NCBI GenBank assembly: GCA_001687465.1
Contig: LVLI01000156.1
Location: 124,001-188,000 of the forward strand
DNA from: Halocafeteria seosinensis
Lineage: Eukaryota
DNA: 64,000 bases
Direction: 5' to 3'
How positions within the stretch are numbered: the first letter of the stretch is position 1; the number at the start of each line of letters is the position of its first letter. Of the stretch, positions 28,936 to 41,668 are shown in pieces. The notes beneath the pieces are model-generated. The model was not told the DNA's origin. It searched no databases and saw only the letters and a program-made list of their open reading frames with translations. The translations under genes were made by a program, and so were the position numbers.

Positions 28936-29631
28936 GGTTATTGTGAGCCGACAGTCTCTCTGCTTCACTCACTCTCTTTGCGCTCCACTAAAGAAGGGTC
29001 ATCGTCTACTTGTGTGCGTGGGATCATAGACACCACATGATTACGGAAACGGAGGTACACACCAGAGCAGAGAGCTATGCGCTCAAACGGTGGTTTTTGG
29101 CGCGTTACTCGCCTGCGACGTACGCCGGGGATCAGTCGCAGGTAATTATTTCCCTCTCCTGGTACAGTATTTCACCAGTTCCGATTACGGACGGCTGTGT
29201 ACAAATTCAAGCAAAGACTCCCGGACAATGTTGGTATCAATCCTACGTCGTGGACTTATTTTGGCAGAAAACCTAACAGGACTTGGACTGTACCGTGCGA
29301 CTTCGTCGGAAGAGCTTCAACTCGCGGGACCGGTACCAGTAGTGTTGTTTGAACCCGTCACTTAACGTGGAAGCGTACAACTCGCACGGACTGCTGAATC
29401 GAAGGAAGTGGAATGGAGCGTACACTACAAGTGCACCATGGTAATGTGTAGTGTATTCAAAACGATGTGGTACATACCTTTGAGCGTTGGTCGGTATCAT
29501 GCTGTTGTAATAACTGAGCCCGCAATTCCTGTGTGAGCTGTGGAGAAGAAACGAACTCAAATGAAGGTAAGTAACGGAGCCTTTCCTGCTCTTGCGGAAT
29601 TACTATAATGTGCTGTAGGTTGAGGAGGGAG

Positions 29632-30238
29632 TTAACCATCCACAGCCCCCACAACAGCACGTCCGACATTGTAGTCTTCAGAAGCCTTGATTAGAGAACG
29701 TGCAACAGAAATGACATGAGGAATCGAGGCAGGGTCTTCTACGTGTTCCAAAACCTTCTCGTATTCGACGTATCCGTTCTCAGTGTCTTCAACAACTCGC
29801 CCAATGTTATAGCTCCTCAGCTCCTCCAAAATAAGGAGCAAAGTAGCCGCCAATGTCGACCACGATCACATCCTTGTGAGCGTCTTTTATCGAGTCCAAG
29901 AATTGGCAGCGCTTTTGCTTGTCGGCCAAAAGGGTTCGACCTCCCTTCTCCTCATTTTCCCCAAATAGGACAGCGGGGAACGTCTCTTTAAATCCACTTA
30001 CAAGCGGGAACCCTTCGGAATTGCGCCAGCAACAACACCCAGTCGTCTCAGAACCATTAGAAAGAATGGAATGGTAGTGGAGACCATATGCACCCCAACA
30101 ACAAAACCTCGCCTCGTGTCCGCCAATACATCCTCATACCATAGGTAATACTGTGCTACAACCCGATGGACTTCCAGTGACGCGGGCCAGTTGCTTCAAA
30201 TTGTTGTCGTAGTCTGCAGCCATTGCAGGTACACTCAT
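29632..30238 (-). pseudogene. Frameshifted, 3'-truncated adenosylhomocysteinase-like (bacterial SAHH-like family) gene remnant
   Basis: Across frames: VGVHMVSTTIPFFLMVLRRLGVVAGAIPKGS / RTLLADKQKRCQFLDSIKDAHKDVIVVDIGGYFAPY / LEELRSYNIGRVVEDTENGYVEYE...VISVARSLIKASEDYNVGRAVV. Frame changes occur near 30185, 30000 and 29830. No NAD-binding domain follows. Confidence 0.7.
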
Positions 30239-30568
30239 TTTGAATCGAGCGGGGATAAATTGCACAAATCGATGCAAGAAGCCATGACAAAAGAAACTAT
30301 GAAAATATCACGTTTTCGTCAATCAAAGCGCCATCGCGCCATAGTGACGAAGCAAACATAGCTTTCACTCTGAACCTCATTTGTACACGGAATATAGCCA
30401 GCCATGCATTGTACAGGTAAAGCTTCCGAATTGTAGATTGGAAAAATAAAAATAAAAGTGTATCAGATCGTTATTGTGTATCGACCACTGTGCTGTGAGA
30501 ATACCTTAGCTTCTCATTCAGGCGCGTGGTTTGATCTCCTTGTTGAAGCTCCGCCAAGTCTGTAAAAC

Positions 30569-31614
30569 ATGCGCTTCGGGGGCTCATCCAAGGGTATGAC
30601 GGTACTCACCGCCACATTGGCAGTGCTAGCCTTTGTAGGAACGCAGGCCGAAGGTGGTTGCTCTGGTACGGACTTCGATTACATGGCTATCGTGGAGCAA
30701 TGGCCTCCAACTGCGGCCAAGTCTTTCCATAAGGACTCAAGCAATGACTATTTCACTCTACACGGTACGTGTCCACCACATTAGGTGCAGTTAGTGGTGC
30801 ATTTTCGCTCCTTATCTCGTGGGTGGAGAGGGTCTGTCTGTCGTTAGTCCTGTGTGGAATGAATGTTCCTGGGTGACCCTAGGGACTAAACACGTGGAAG
30901 TATTACTACCTCGATGTGGGGCTTGTGCAGGTGTATGGCCCAATGATTTCAACGGGGATTATCCATGCAATTGTGAGGGGTCACAATTCGATCCGGACAA
31001 ATTGAAACCGATAGAAGATCAACTGGATAAGTACTGGCCGTCGTTGAAATGCGAGGGCGACTCGTGCAATGACGACTTCTGGGAGCATGAATGGTCCAAG
31101 GTAAGGATGGTGGTGTATAGGGAGTATTCGATACAAGGTGTGCACTGGATATCTGAACTATCTGCGATGCAGCATGGAACCTGTGCTGTCGCAAACATTA
31201 GTAGCCTGGATGGACAGCTGGACTACTTCAAGAAAGCCCTACAACTTCGAAACCAGTATGATCCCCTCAATGCGTTCCAGGCGGCCAACATCACCCCCAC
31301 CAATGATCACGGATACAAAGTAAGGATTTGTAACAGAGAATGACCGACGTTGTCTTCTTCTGTAATGTTTTGCTCCGTTATTGCAGTATGACGATATCGT
31401 GAATGCCCTAAAGAACGAATTCAACGTCAGGACGGTCCTGCAATGCCAAGGAGAAAACGATATAGATGTGATAGAGATTTGCATCAACAAATCTTTTGGC
31501 GCTATTGATTGTCCCAGTCATTTGCAGGATACGTGTGATTATGACTACGAGGTGTGGCTACCTGCCCATACTGAATCACGGAGGAACCTTCGCGCTACTT
31601 CCCAATCACGATAA
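30569..31614 (+). CDS. Ribonuclease T2 family, secreted/lysosomal (4 exons)
   Basis: Signal peptide, CAS I FTLHG|VWP, CAS II FWEHEWSK|HGTC and conserved Cys. Introns at about 30765-30930, 31101-31172 and about 31320-31386. Confidence 0.92.
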
Positions 31615-31939
31615 ATCACACAACTTTACCGTTCAAGTACAAGAGTCCATAGCGACCATAAACTTAAATTGCGGTGAGGAAAAATACAGTCGTATCTCAA
31701 AAGTGACATCTAAAGTTTTGTAATGAACAAACTTTTTTCGGACTCCCCCGGCATTATACCGGTGTTGTGTATGTACAATGCATCATGTCAATTTACAGAT
31801 CGAGGGACGTATTAATACACGACACTAGCACATCCTACTGTGTGGTAAAGTATCGTTAGCAAAATTGGCGAGCACTTGCGGTTGATTACTCAGCAGCTTC
31901 CATTTCCATTCTTCTAACTGCCGAGTCCTCCCGACTGTC

Positions 31940-34900
31940 CTAGCTCTTTTTCTTGCCTTTCTGGGGACGGGATCCAGCCTTTGCCGAGGGGGTTGACTTC
32001 GATCTATTTTTCGTGCTCCCCTTCTTCGGTTCTCGCGGAGTATGCTCAATGCTCAATCTGTTAACTTCTGTGCGTATGTGAGACGCAGTCGAAGTTCCCA
32101 TCAAATTCAATGGGGCAAGGTTATGGGCTGTTTGGATGACAGGATTCGGGGAGAAGGCTTCAGCAACCTCCTCGTCATCACCTTCGGCATCTTCGTATGA
32201 TTCCTCGAGGGTATCGTCGTTGCCATTCTTTTCATCACCAGCTCCAGATGAGAAGCCGATGTGAAAAGGTGGAGGGGCTAACCATTCTAGGGCACAAGCA
32301 CTGGTTTCCTCTGCTCGGGGAGATTCTTCAGACCCTGAAGTCGTCTCTTCTTTCGCAGCATTCTGGAACGGTGGTATGGACACTAGCTGTTCAATTGGAT
32401 AAGGAAAATTTGGAACACGAGGAACGGCACCTCCGTCGGCTGCGCGATCCGGTTGCTCGTGATAGTACTCCAATAAATCGTCAAGGGCTTCACAGAAATG
32501 GTGCCCCAACTCTTCAAAATCCCTTGTTTGGAAATGATTGTGGGCGTTGGCTCCTTGGTCAGCACCTGCAAACGATGCCTCTATCGTGTAGCTGTTTACG
32601 AGCGGAATGTCCCGCCATACGGCAACTCGCGAACAGTCCGACTTCGACTTTTGAACTTTAAACGAGCAGTTGTTGGACGAAAAGTTGCAAGCTCTTCGGG
32701 CCAGTAGGCGCGGAAACAGCTTCGACGTCCAACCCTGTAAGGAGGGTTTGTCCACTTTTGGTTTACTTAACGGGTCCTTGCTGTAAGCGGAGGCTGAGGA
32801 TGGTTCGCACCCGAACATAAAAATATTCTTCTTTCTAGAGTGGCCATGGAAATCACAGTATAGGATAACATTAGACGTATTTTGGCAAGTTTCAATAAGT
32901 TGCTTCAAATTCCAAACTGGTGGGACCTGCTCGATGCTTGGTTCACTCCAATTACGATTCAGGTCGAGTCCTGCCAAATTCGTTCGGTGATGCCCATTGA
33001 TCACTCCATCCGGATTCAAAAACGGTACTACTTTGATGATACACCGCGAACGAAGGCGGGATGCAATCGGAGCAGAAGATGTGAGGAAATCTAATACTCC
33101 CCGCATCATCCAAGAAGCGTTGCTCTCGCCGGGATGTACCCGCGCTGATAGAATAATGTAAGGGCGAGCATGCAGCAAGGAGTTTGGAGGGACCGGTTTC
33201 TTCCTGGTCGGAATGCGCGACAGTTGCATTGGAACAACTTTGCATCTAGGGGACTCCTCAAAAGGCTCTGAACGGCGGATACCTCCATCAGGAAGTCCTG
33301 AAGGAAAATCTGTGATAGTGAATAACGGCACGGGATTGCCTGCCAAAGTATGGCAAAGGACACTCCGACAAAATATTGAGGAACTGAATAACGAACCGTG
33401 AAGTCCCAAGAATTGTGGGGGGTGTTTAGTACCATTTTCTTCCTTTCCGAGCTCGCGGACTTGAGGAAGCGGGAGCGTGCAATGCTGGGAAGGGTGAAGT
33501 TGATCTTCCTTGTGCTTATCGGTGCAGAAGAGATTGTAACTTGCCATAGTTTGTACACCGTTCTTGTCAGCACCGGCACCACACATACGACGAAACACTG
33601 GTAACACAAGACTGGAAGGTAAACCCTCACAGGAATCAAGAGGATGTTCCTCAACAGGCACATGTACACTGTTGGCAAGTCGCAAGGCCCGATGCTGCCA
33701 TCTCAATGTGTCAAAACTCAGGTCTGTATAGGTGTAAGGGTAACAGTAAGCGAAGAACGCGTGTGTAGTCTCAGGCGGAAATTGGACGCGCCAACTCTCC
33801 GTGTAGAGATGTTGAGTTTCCAGGTCCTCAGAAGGAGCCCCTTCCGACGCATCTTCGGTTACCCCTACTTCTCGCTTCTGCTTAGCAAATTGATTGGAGT
33901 AGTACACAATATCAAAACCTAGCCGCTTCCATCCCACACCTGCTGGCGGTCTTGGCCAGAACCTACTCGATTCAAGTTGTTGTGTTTCCCCGTCTGTTCC
34001 GTCCACGAATACCAAAGGCCTCATTCCGTCATTAAAACTACTTCCGCCTTTCTCAAGGTTAACTATGTGGAATGTATAAATGGGAGCATCGTTACCATTA
34101 CTAGTTTCCATGCCAGTAACTCGGAAAAAGAACCACTGCGTGTGACCAGTCGTGTTCGTATCGGGTTCCAGTAGTAGTTCATACTCTCGCGGTCCAACTC
34201 GGACGGCGCTTCTAAGATTGCCAGATTCAAAGCGCGATTCAAACTCTAATGACGGGGCCATTTCGTTGTTCTTGAAACGGTTTGCCTCCACAACTCCTTC
34301 TTGTAGGCACTGTCTGAGATTTAGACCGATCCTCGACGCACTTGGCCACAGACCGGGGCTATCAAGATGGGAGGTGGTGGCAGACGCCTGCTCTGTTTTT
34401 ACCGACGATGACAGTGAATATGTGCGAGGAGTTTCAGCCTCTGCTAGACGCTCCTGCAACTCCTCACTGGTGGAAACCGGAGTCTCCTCACCCATCTTCT
34501 CGTACTTACGTGCCACGTGACGACCAGGTAAAGCTTGTACAGGCAAGGCTAAAGATTCCGCTTCAGCAGCAGAGTTCTCGTTATCTTGATTGTAGAGGTC
34601 GTAACAGACCACTCCAAACGTAGTATCTGCTTTCCCCGAAATCCTTGCCTTCAGCTCATCATATTCATCACCTGAATTTTGAGAATTCTCAATAACAGTG
34701 ACCTGCCCATCATACTGCTCCATAAGTTGCAAATCGCGAGCAAGAGTCGCTACACGCGCTAAAGCCCGTATCATGTACTGCTGCGACAAACGAGATCGTA
34801 AATCGGAAGACAGTAATGTCATCGGTTCTTCTGGTAGAAGACAACATGTGTGAAGTACCGTTGGGATCTGGTCATTACGCAGTTTCCAAGCATCCACAGA

Positions 34901-37900
34901 GTATATGCCTGCTGGTTGTCTTACAATGCTCAAGCAACTGTCGCTCGTCGTACGAAAAACTACGATATCGGAAGATACATGAGGAAATGCATAGGTTATA
35001 TGGCTTTTCAGGAGATCCAAACCAATAGGCCAATACCCAATGCTGTATTTGCTCTTGCTACCATTACCCCCAATATCGTCCACGATACCAACAGGCTTCC
35101 AGATATCTGACGAAACTATCCCGTTTTGCAGACTCTCCAGATCAACTGACTCCTTCAAATGTGGAAGCAGCAGGAGTAGGCTATCTTTCAGTGATCCATA
35201 CTCCCACTGTCCACATGACCCCTGGTCCATTGGATCGAAGGTCTCTCCAGTGGGGGAGGTGTTACTTTTGAGAAGAGAAATTGGGTCGTCCCATACCCGT
35301 TTCCACAAACGATCATACATTTCCAAAGCTTCATGCACTTCGCGTTCACTATCCATGCACTTTCGTCTTCTTACGTTCGTAACATGCTTACAAGAAAGGG
35401 ACCAGCAGAGGCGTCGTACACAGTCCAAATAAACGGCGGCTTGGTACTCTGGAAACCATTCAAGAGTAGAAGTCCAGGACTCTTTACCCGCGTTGTACGT
35501 AGGACGTCCAATCAGATCGTTTGTTTCTTCAACATCTTTTTCATAATAGCTAGCGCTATCCGCTTCACTCCTTCTTGCACTAGCTGCTTCGGTCTCTATA
35601 TCTGATAGCTCGAAACTTTCCGATAATTTCGTCGCTACACTTCTTGAACGTCTGCCAAGAAGGATTTTATCTCGAATGGAGTGTACCAAATGACTGCTTT
35701 GCTCAGTATCCACCCCAAACCTTCCTGATTCCGAATGCATGGTAGAAAGTCTCTCATTCAAACTGGAAGTTCTTCGTATAGGGTTGGCACTCTCCGGAAA
35801 TTCTTGGAAGCACTCCCCACCGAATTGGGTACACTGGGAGTATGATCGGGTTTCGGCACTCATAACCTGCTCGGCTTCCCGAACGACTTCAGCGCTCGCT
35901 TCATTACCCTCGCAAGAGGGGCCAGACTTTGCATCTGCAGCATTGCGATCCTCATCGAAATCGTCCTCATTGTCGTGGCCGGTCTCTTCATCCTGAGCAG
36001 CGCTGACTCCTTCATCCGAGTTATACGTACGTGGTTGAGTTTCACCAGGGACAAATATTTCGATGGACACCGATTTCCGCTTCTTTCTCTTCACGATTTT
36101 CTTCTTGCGTTTACCACTTTTCGGTTTTACAGAATTCGACTTCGAAGATGACGACGTCTTTTTTGCCTTACTCTTCGCTAATCCTTTCTTCTGACCTCTC
36201 TTCGAGCCATCATTGTCCGTGAGTATCCCTGATCCGGCGTCCGGATCCGCTGGTGTACCTTCTTGTGTGGCGCTGATGTTGTCTCCACCATCAGTTTCTC
36301 CCCTAAGTTGAGCTCTGTTCCATTGCTTATTCAGCTTAGAAATCAAAGGAATACACTTCTTAGCCGACACTACGACATCGGAGTCCGTCGACGCAGGGAA
36401 ACGACGTGCGCTTCCCTTCCACGGATCATCCTTCTGTAAGGAGACCGGCTTCCTTCCGAATTGGCGAAACTTCAAATCAGATTTAGGATAGCTCGGCTCA
36501 CAAATTTGAGAGTAAAAAGAAAACGTCATTTTCCAAAGATTTGGTTCGGCGAGATCCTCGATATATCCTGAGGGAGACACTAGCGACAGTGCGTCAGTTA
36601 GAGTTGGACGGCTATCCTCAGAAGTACCAGTGGCGAAGGTCGAGGGACGCAACATCTCATTTGCAAACGAATATAACCTCCTCAAAGAATCCCATTGGTG
36701 CCACTGGCATTTGATGGAAGACGGTAAGTGAAGAACTGGCCAGAGGAGAGTCCAGTCCCATGGTAATTTTCCTTTACTAGATACAGCGAGCGTTCGGCTT
36801 GTAGCAGCAACTTTTTGTCGTCTCAATAGTTCGTAATGAAACCCAGTAAGAAACCTGTCCGAGGGAAGTTTCCATGTGCAAGCTAGATTTAGGTCCAGGT
36901 TTCCCGGTCCAGGAGAATAGAGTCCCCGCGAGGCAAGAAGTTTTGACGAGGCGGGAATGGCTCCTGAGAGTCTTTCTTCAGCGTCTCCCGCATGGCGGGC
37001 AGACAGAAGACGCCACATGAGTGAAATCGTATTTTGCACAACTTCATCATGTAGCAGACTTAGTGATTCATTGGCAGGCCCCACTCGATAGAGGAGAACT
37101 ACTTGGTTATCCGTAGAGCAAACAATTGAAGTGGTGTCCTTCTCACCGGTATGTTCTTCTCCAATGTGTAAATCAACATAAAATGAAAGGATTTTCCATG
37201 TACGACTAAATACCTGCTGAGACCACATATCTTTGCAAAAAGACGTAAACTGAGAAAGCAGCAGTAGACTCTTAATTAATTCGGAAACGATGTCAGGAAA
37301 AAGGCTGAACTTCTTCATAGCTGTCATCAATGGGAAGATAACACGATTGTCGAGTTTAGAAGATATTGCAGTATTCTTGAACACTTTACTGCATATTTGT
37401 AGCGCATAGAAGACGGCTTCAGCGGACAGTCGCTCAAAACCGTCCAAACGATCTGGGGTACCTGTCGGTTTCGACCTCTCTGAGGGCACCAACCAACTTT
37501 GAAGGTTCTCGAGAACAGAGAAGAAAGACTCCCATGAGGACTTTACAAACGTTTTCACGTTAATTGCTGCATCATAGAAATGGTTATGAAATGTCTACAC
37601 ATATGAGGCAAATAACATATGATGGTAGCTTACCGCTGTCCCCAATAAAGTTGTTGAGAAGTTCAAGAGTAGCTCTAGCCTTCCATGGAGTACAGTGGTA
37701 GCAGATTATAGCTTCAAGTGCAGAGCTTGCTACTCGTAGTCCGCCACAAAGCCTACCGGACAACACGTTATTCCGATCTGCATTCGCTTGATAGCTCACT
37801 GCAAAATCTGTCGTGTTTCATAAGCTGCACTTACCATATGGACATAAGAACACGAGTGCGGGGCCTAAAGCAAGGCAAAGGTCTTTCCTATAGTCTCGAG

Positions 37901-38826
37901 ATTTCGCCAAAGACAGTAAGGCCCTCACGTCCATGTCTTTCGCTACTTCAACGATACTACAGCCTGCACTCCGCCAGGTCAGTTATTTCACCTTTACAGA
38001 TTGTACGTTCCAATTAAGCATCGGATTTCGACTTACACTTTCCCTCCATTAAAAGACTTAAGCATTTTGCAGCCATAGTAGGCAAGGCTTCCATGGCGCC
38101 TCGAAGTGACCCGTCTTTCAACGCGTGAAGGACTCCACACACACGCAAAGAAATATCACTGTCCAGAAGAATACGTCGGACCTGAAAAACACTGAATTCT
38201 CTATTATCTTGGTCTTCGCCCGTAGTGCTCGAATCACCTGCCGAACATGATTCCCCGGAGACTATTCTGTTTAATGCCTCCACAATGGTACAAATACCGT
38301 CGAAGGCTACATCAGGTTCGGGACTGTTCACTGCGATGATGGCATCGCGAATCTGCATTACACACAAAGATAGCAGTTGCACACCGGATGCCAGAGCGAA
38401 GAACCATTGGCTCCAACTTACAGGGGTAGACTTGGTCGTGGCTTTCTTCGCGCCGCGGTCCGTCGCTTGCGCGTCTGATTTGGAAAGTTTAACAGGTGTC
38501 GTTCGGTCTGCTTCCAGGCGCGGACTCTCATCGACTCTGTTATCGTCGGTAATGCCAGCCAACGGACTTGGCGTATCATCTTCGTCCGTTTTCGGGACGG
38601 TCGAATCGGTTCCTTCATTGAGTATTTGATTACTTTCCTCATTGTCTGCCTTGGACGACGTCGATGACGATGATGAGCATGCACTCGGCTGATGCGGTTG
38701 TACCAGATTAGGCTCTGTGGCACCCACAGTCGCCTTTGTGGAGCTCGTATTGGATTTCGACATCTGGGAGGAATTGCACTGAACAGATGCGGTTGTCTGG
38801 GGACTCGTAGTAGTTTCGCCGGGCAT
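31940..38826 (-). CDS. AGTPBP1: Cytosolic carboxypeptidase 1-like tubulin deglutamylase (M14D, Nna1/AGTPBP1)
   Basis: FESRFESGNL, TQWFFF, YPYTYTDL, ARVHPGESNASWMM (Zn ligands H and E), NPDGVINGHHR, DLNRNW, DFHGHS and YTIEASF, preceded by an ARM-like/low-complexity N-terminal half. Confidence 0.88.
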
Positions 38827-39612
38827 TCTGTAGACCCTTGGAGTAGCTCAAGAGACAATGTAGCCTATCACCTGATACACTTGGTGTTCATGAGATCAAG
38901 CATTGTATAGATACGGATAATCCGACCGCAAAAACGCCGCCGCAAGGATTCAAATGGCAGTGTTCCAGAGCTTTCCTCAACCACAGACGGCTTCAAAACC
39001 TGCCGCCCAAGTATCGTATACCATTCCAATAGCTGCGCATTCACAACTACCACATGATGTCATAAAGTGAACACGGTAGCCCTCAGTGGACGCATGCCGG
39101 CCGTCATGCACGAGCAATGCTGGCAAACGGTCGTACCCAACTTCAAGTGAAAGAAATGTTTGTCGAGTTGGTGCGTGACAGCGATTCGTCTGTCAGCGAA
39201 GTCTCCTTGACGGAAGTTCTTGGCGAAGTTGTCGACGGTTTTGTAGCTTTCAATTTTGAATTGAAAGCAAGCACATACAATTAACTACCATACGTTGAGC
39301 TTTACATGGGCGAGAGTTAGACCCCCGATCGACGGACCATCTGTATACGCACAACCAAACCAAAAGGTACTATGGAACTACTTCTGCCTCCCTATCAATA
39401 ATTTTGGGCAGAGCCTATGTACATGAATGTAGCGACCCGGGGAAGAATTCACGATGATCACATAGAAAGCAAAGTGAAAAAAAGCAGTCGAATGTATTCA
39501 TAGCACACGCGAAGCCTATGAGATGCAAAATTCTCCAAGCGCTCACCCAATTGGAATTTATGGGTAGCTTGGTCCTGTGTGCCCTGTAAGCTTCTCTTCT
39601 AGACTACAAGTT

Positions 39613-41114
39613 CTACTGTTCTTCACTACATCTGAAGAATTCAATCCGCAAAGCGTTACGCATCTTTGCCGCATCCATATTCTTATTTTCTGCTATTCGA
39701 CTCGCGAAATCGTACAAGTGCGGGACGCCGATTTCAGTGCGGGCAAGAGCCCCAACGTAATACCAGAACACATTGTCAATTGTCCCGCGGTCTAGCAATG
39801 CTCTGTACAAAGAGAAAACGTAGGGTAAACTCCTCGCGTAAACAGTCATATACGAATGTCGGCACCCACTCTTCGTAGAAACGCCGAAAAACAAGAGGTT
39901 CCCACTCGCCAAAGACAGGATGAATTTTCTTGTTAAACCTACTATCGATCTCAATGAGCTTCTCTTTGATTGTTTCTGCGAAATCGACCATCTTTACACC
40001 GTATTGTGACACGATTCCGTAAACCACTGTTCTTACCACTCGTTGCGCATTGCTGGTGTTGGAGCAGTATTATAGCCAAAACTGTCGAGGCCAACGCCAT
40101 TCTGGAAGACTCAGACGCAGGAAGTTCTTTTGCAATCTCCCTGGTGATCGTAAAAGGCATAAAATATCGGTTCAACATAAGACGAAACGCGAGCCAGTTC
40201 AGATTGTCTCAACATACCCTCTCTCTTCAGCACTCGGAGGTGGCGGAAAATTGTCATCTTCGCGATTCGCTATGACTACTTGGTAGCTCTCCAAGAAACG
40301 GTTCCTAAGCTCCGTCTCCCTAGCGGCAGCTGTAGATTGGAGCGAAATTGTTCACACAATTTGAATCGATTCAGCATTGGAGAACCGAAGCACACGTACT
40401 CTCGCTTGTTAGTGTACCAACAAGTGGAACTATCTCCATACCAAACTTGTTTCTGAGGTACCAGTTGGTTCTTTGCAGCGTGGGACTGAACAAAAAACGC
40501 TCAAATTACCATGCGTGTCCCATGAAGAAACAGAAGACCAAACTACCTTACAGAATCAGTGTTGTTGTGGGTAGTATGTTTCTCAAATCCTCTCGTTTGA
40601 TGACCCTGTTTCCACACATGCCCTGAAGCATAAATAGCCGTAGTACCTTGTAAAATATCCTGTCGTGCTCCTGCAATGTTGGGAAACAGAGGGGATGATC
40701 ACGACTACCCTACCAGTGGGGCGCTATCATCATTTGACGTACGGATTCGTCAAACCTTCTTATCGCAGTCTTAATTTTCGTCGGAATGTCCTCAGGCTTT
40801 CTAGGCAAGAACCGGAGAAAGGTATCTGATAACACATTCTCCGAATACGAGCTGAATCCCTCTTCAGCCTCTGTGTCATGCCCTCCATATCTTCTCCGTG
40901 CTCGTTTGTTGGTTCCATTGGTCGATGATGAAGCTGCTGCAGCTGCTGCTGCTCCAGTGTGGTTGCTGCCATTCCTTTTCCTTCCAACTGTAGCCGCCGA
41001 AGAAGAAGCAGGGACTACGCCCTGCTCTTCCTCCTGTCTGGCTGCTCTTGGGGTTCCATTGGCTCTCCCAGACCGTGTTGTCGCTTCGGAAGCGCCCCTA
41101 GCTCCAGAGCTCAT
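39613..41114 (-). CDS. MAGE-domain protein, NSE3-like subunit of the SMC5/6 complex (7 exons)
   Basis: Exons 41114-40743, 40670-40552, 40470-40400, 40329-40218, 40140-40037, 39975-39870 and 39802-39613 splice in frame. The product contains VLRLFML...VIKREDLR...LRNKFGMEIVPL, TVLAIILLQ...ETIKEKL...HPVFGEWEPLV...FYEEALL and YYVGALARTEIG, matching the MAGE winged-helix pattern. Confidence 0.75.
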
Positions 41115-41668
41115 GGGAATTGGCCAGCTTTACTGAGCTTTATTATGGCAAAATGCGCACGTGCCTACCTATATACATACATGCCTCACATTGAATGGTA
41201 CATCAGCATATGAGAAATCTATTTATTTCGAATGTATGTGACACAATGCATGGCACGGAGCTCACATTACATTTTGGGCTGGCAACAATCTGCGGAGGAC
41301 ATTCAAATTGATTTTCGGGTTAGACAGTTAAGTACGGTGGATTGAAGGCGACCGCGAGGAAGATAAACAGGAGGGTTTCCCAGTTCGTTTCCTGCGTGTT
41401 TATACAACATTTATAAGCATGGTTTGTTTAGGACTGCTGTATGATTTCGGTAACTATTTACATTGTCCGTGTTGCGTTGTACTGTAAAGAATTCTAACAC
41501 TGGTAAGTCTACAGCATGCGCCACAAGTTACTTCCAGCGATAGCCATTCTGAGGCACGACACGTAATCTTAACAGTGCTAAACTGATATACTCGTCGATG
41601 GAACGAAGGTTTACATTGCAGTTTTATATGCGGCACTTCGAAAAGCCATTAACCCGACACACAACAGT

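Noticed and set aside
29900..30001. GTAAGT after IPKGSR as an intron rescuing the SAHH-like frame
   Set aside because: No phase-compatible AG acceptor occurs before DIGGY, and the intervening ~45 codons look like the expected protein linker, so a frameshift fits better.
38980..39290. Protein-like plus-strand fragment (…LQVKEMFVELVRDSDSSVSEVSLTEVLGEVVDGF…)
   Set aside because: Short, interrupted by stops upstream and with no identifiable family; cannot be supported without a search.
39613..40290. Apparent frameshifted pseudogene (overlapping short minus-strand ORFs)
   Set aside because: All frame changes are explained by GT-AG introns that give an intact MAGE/NSE3-like protein.
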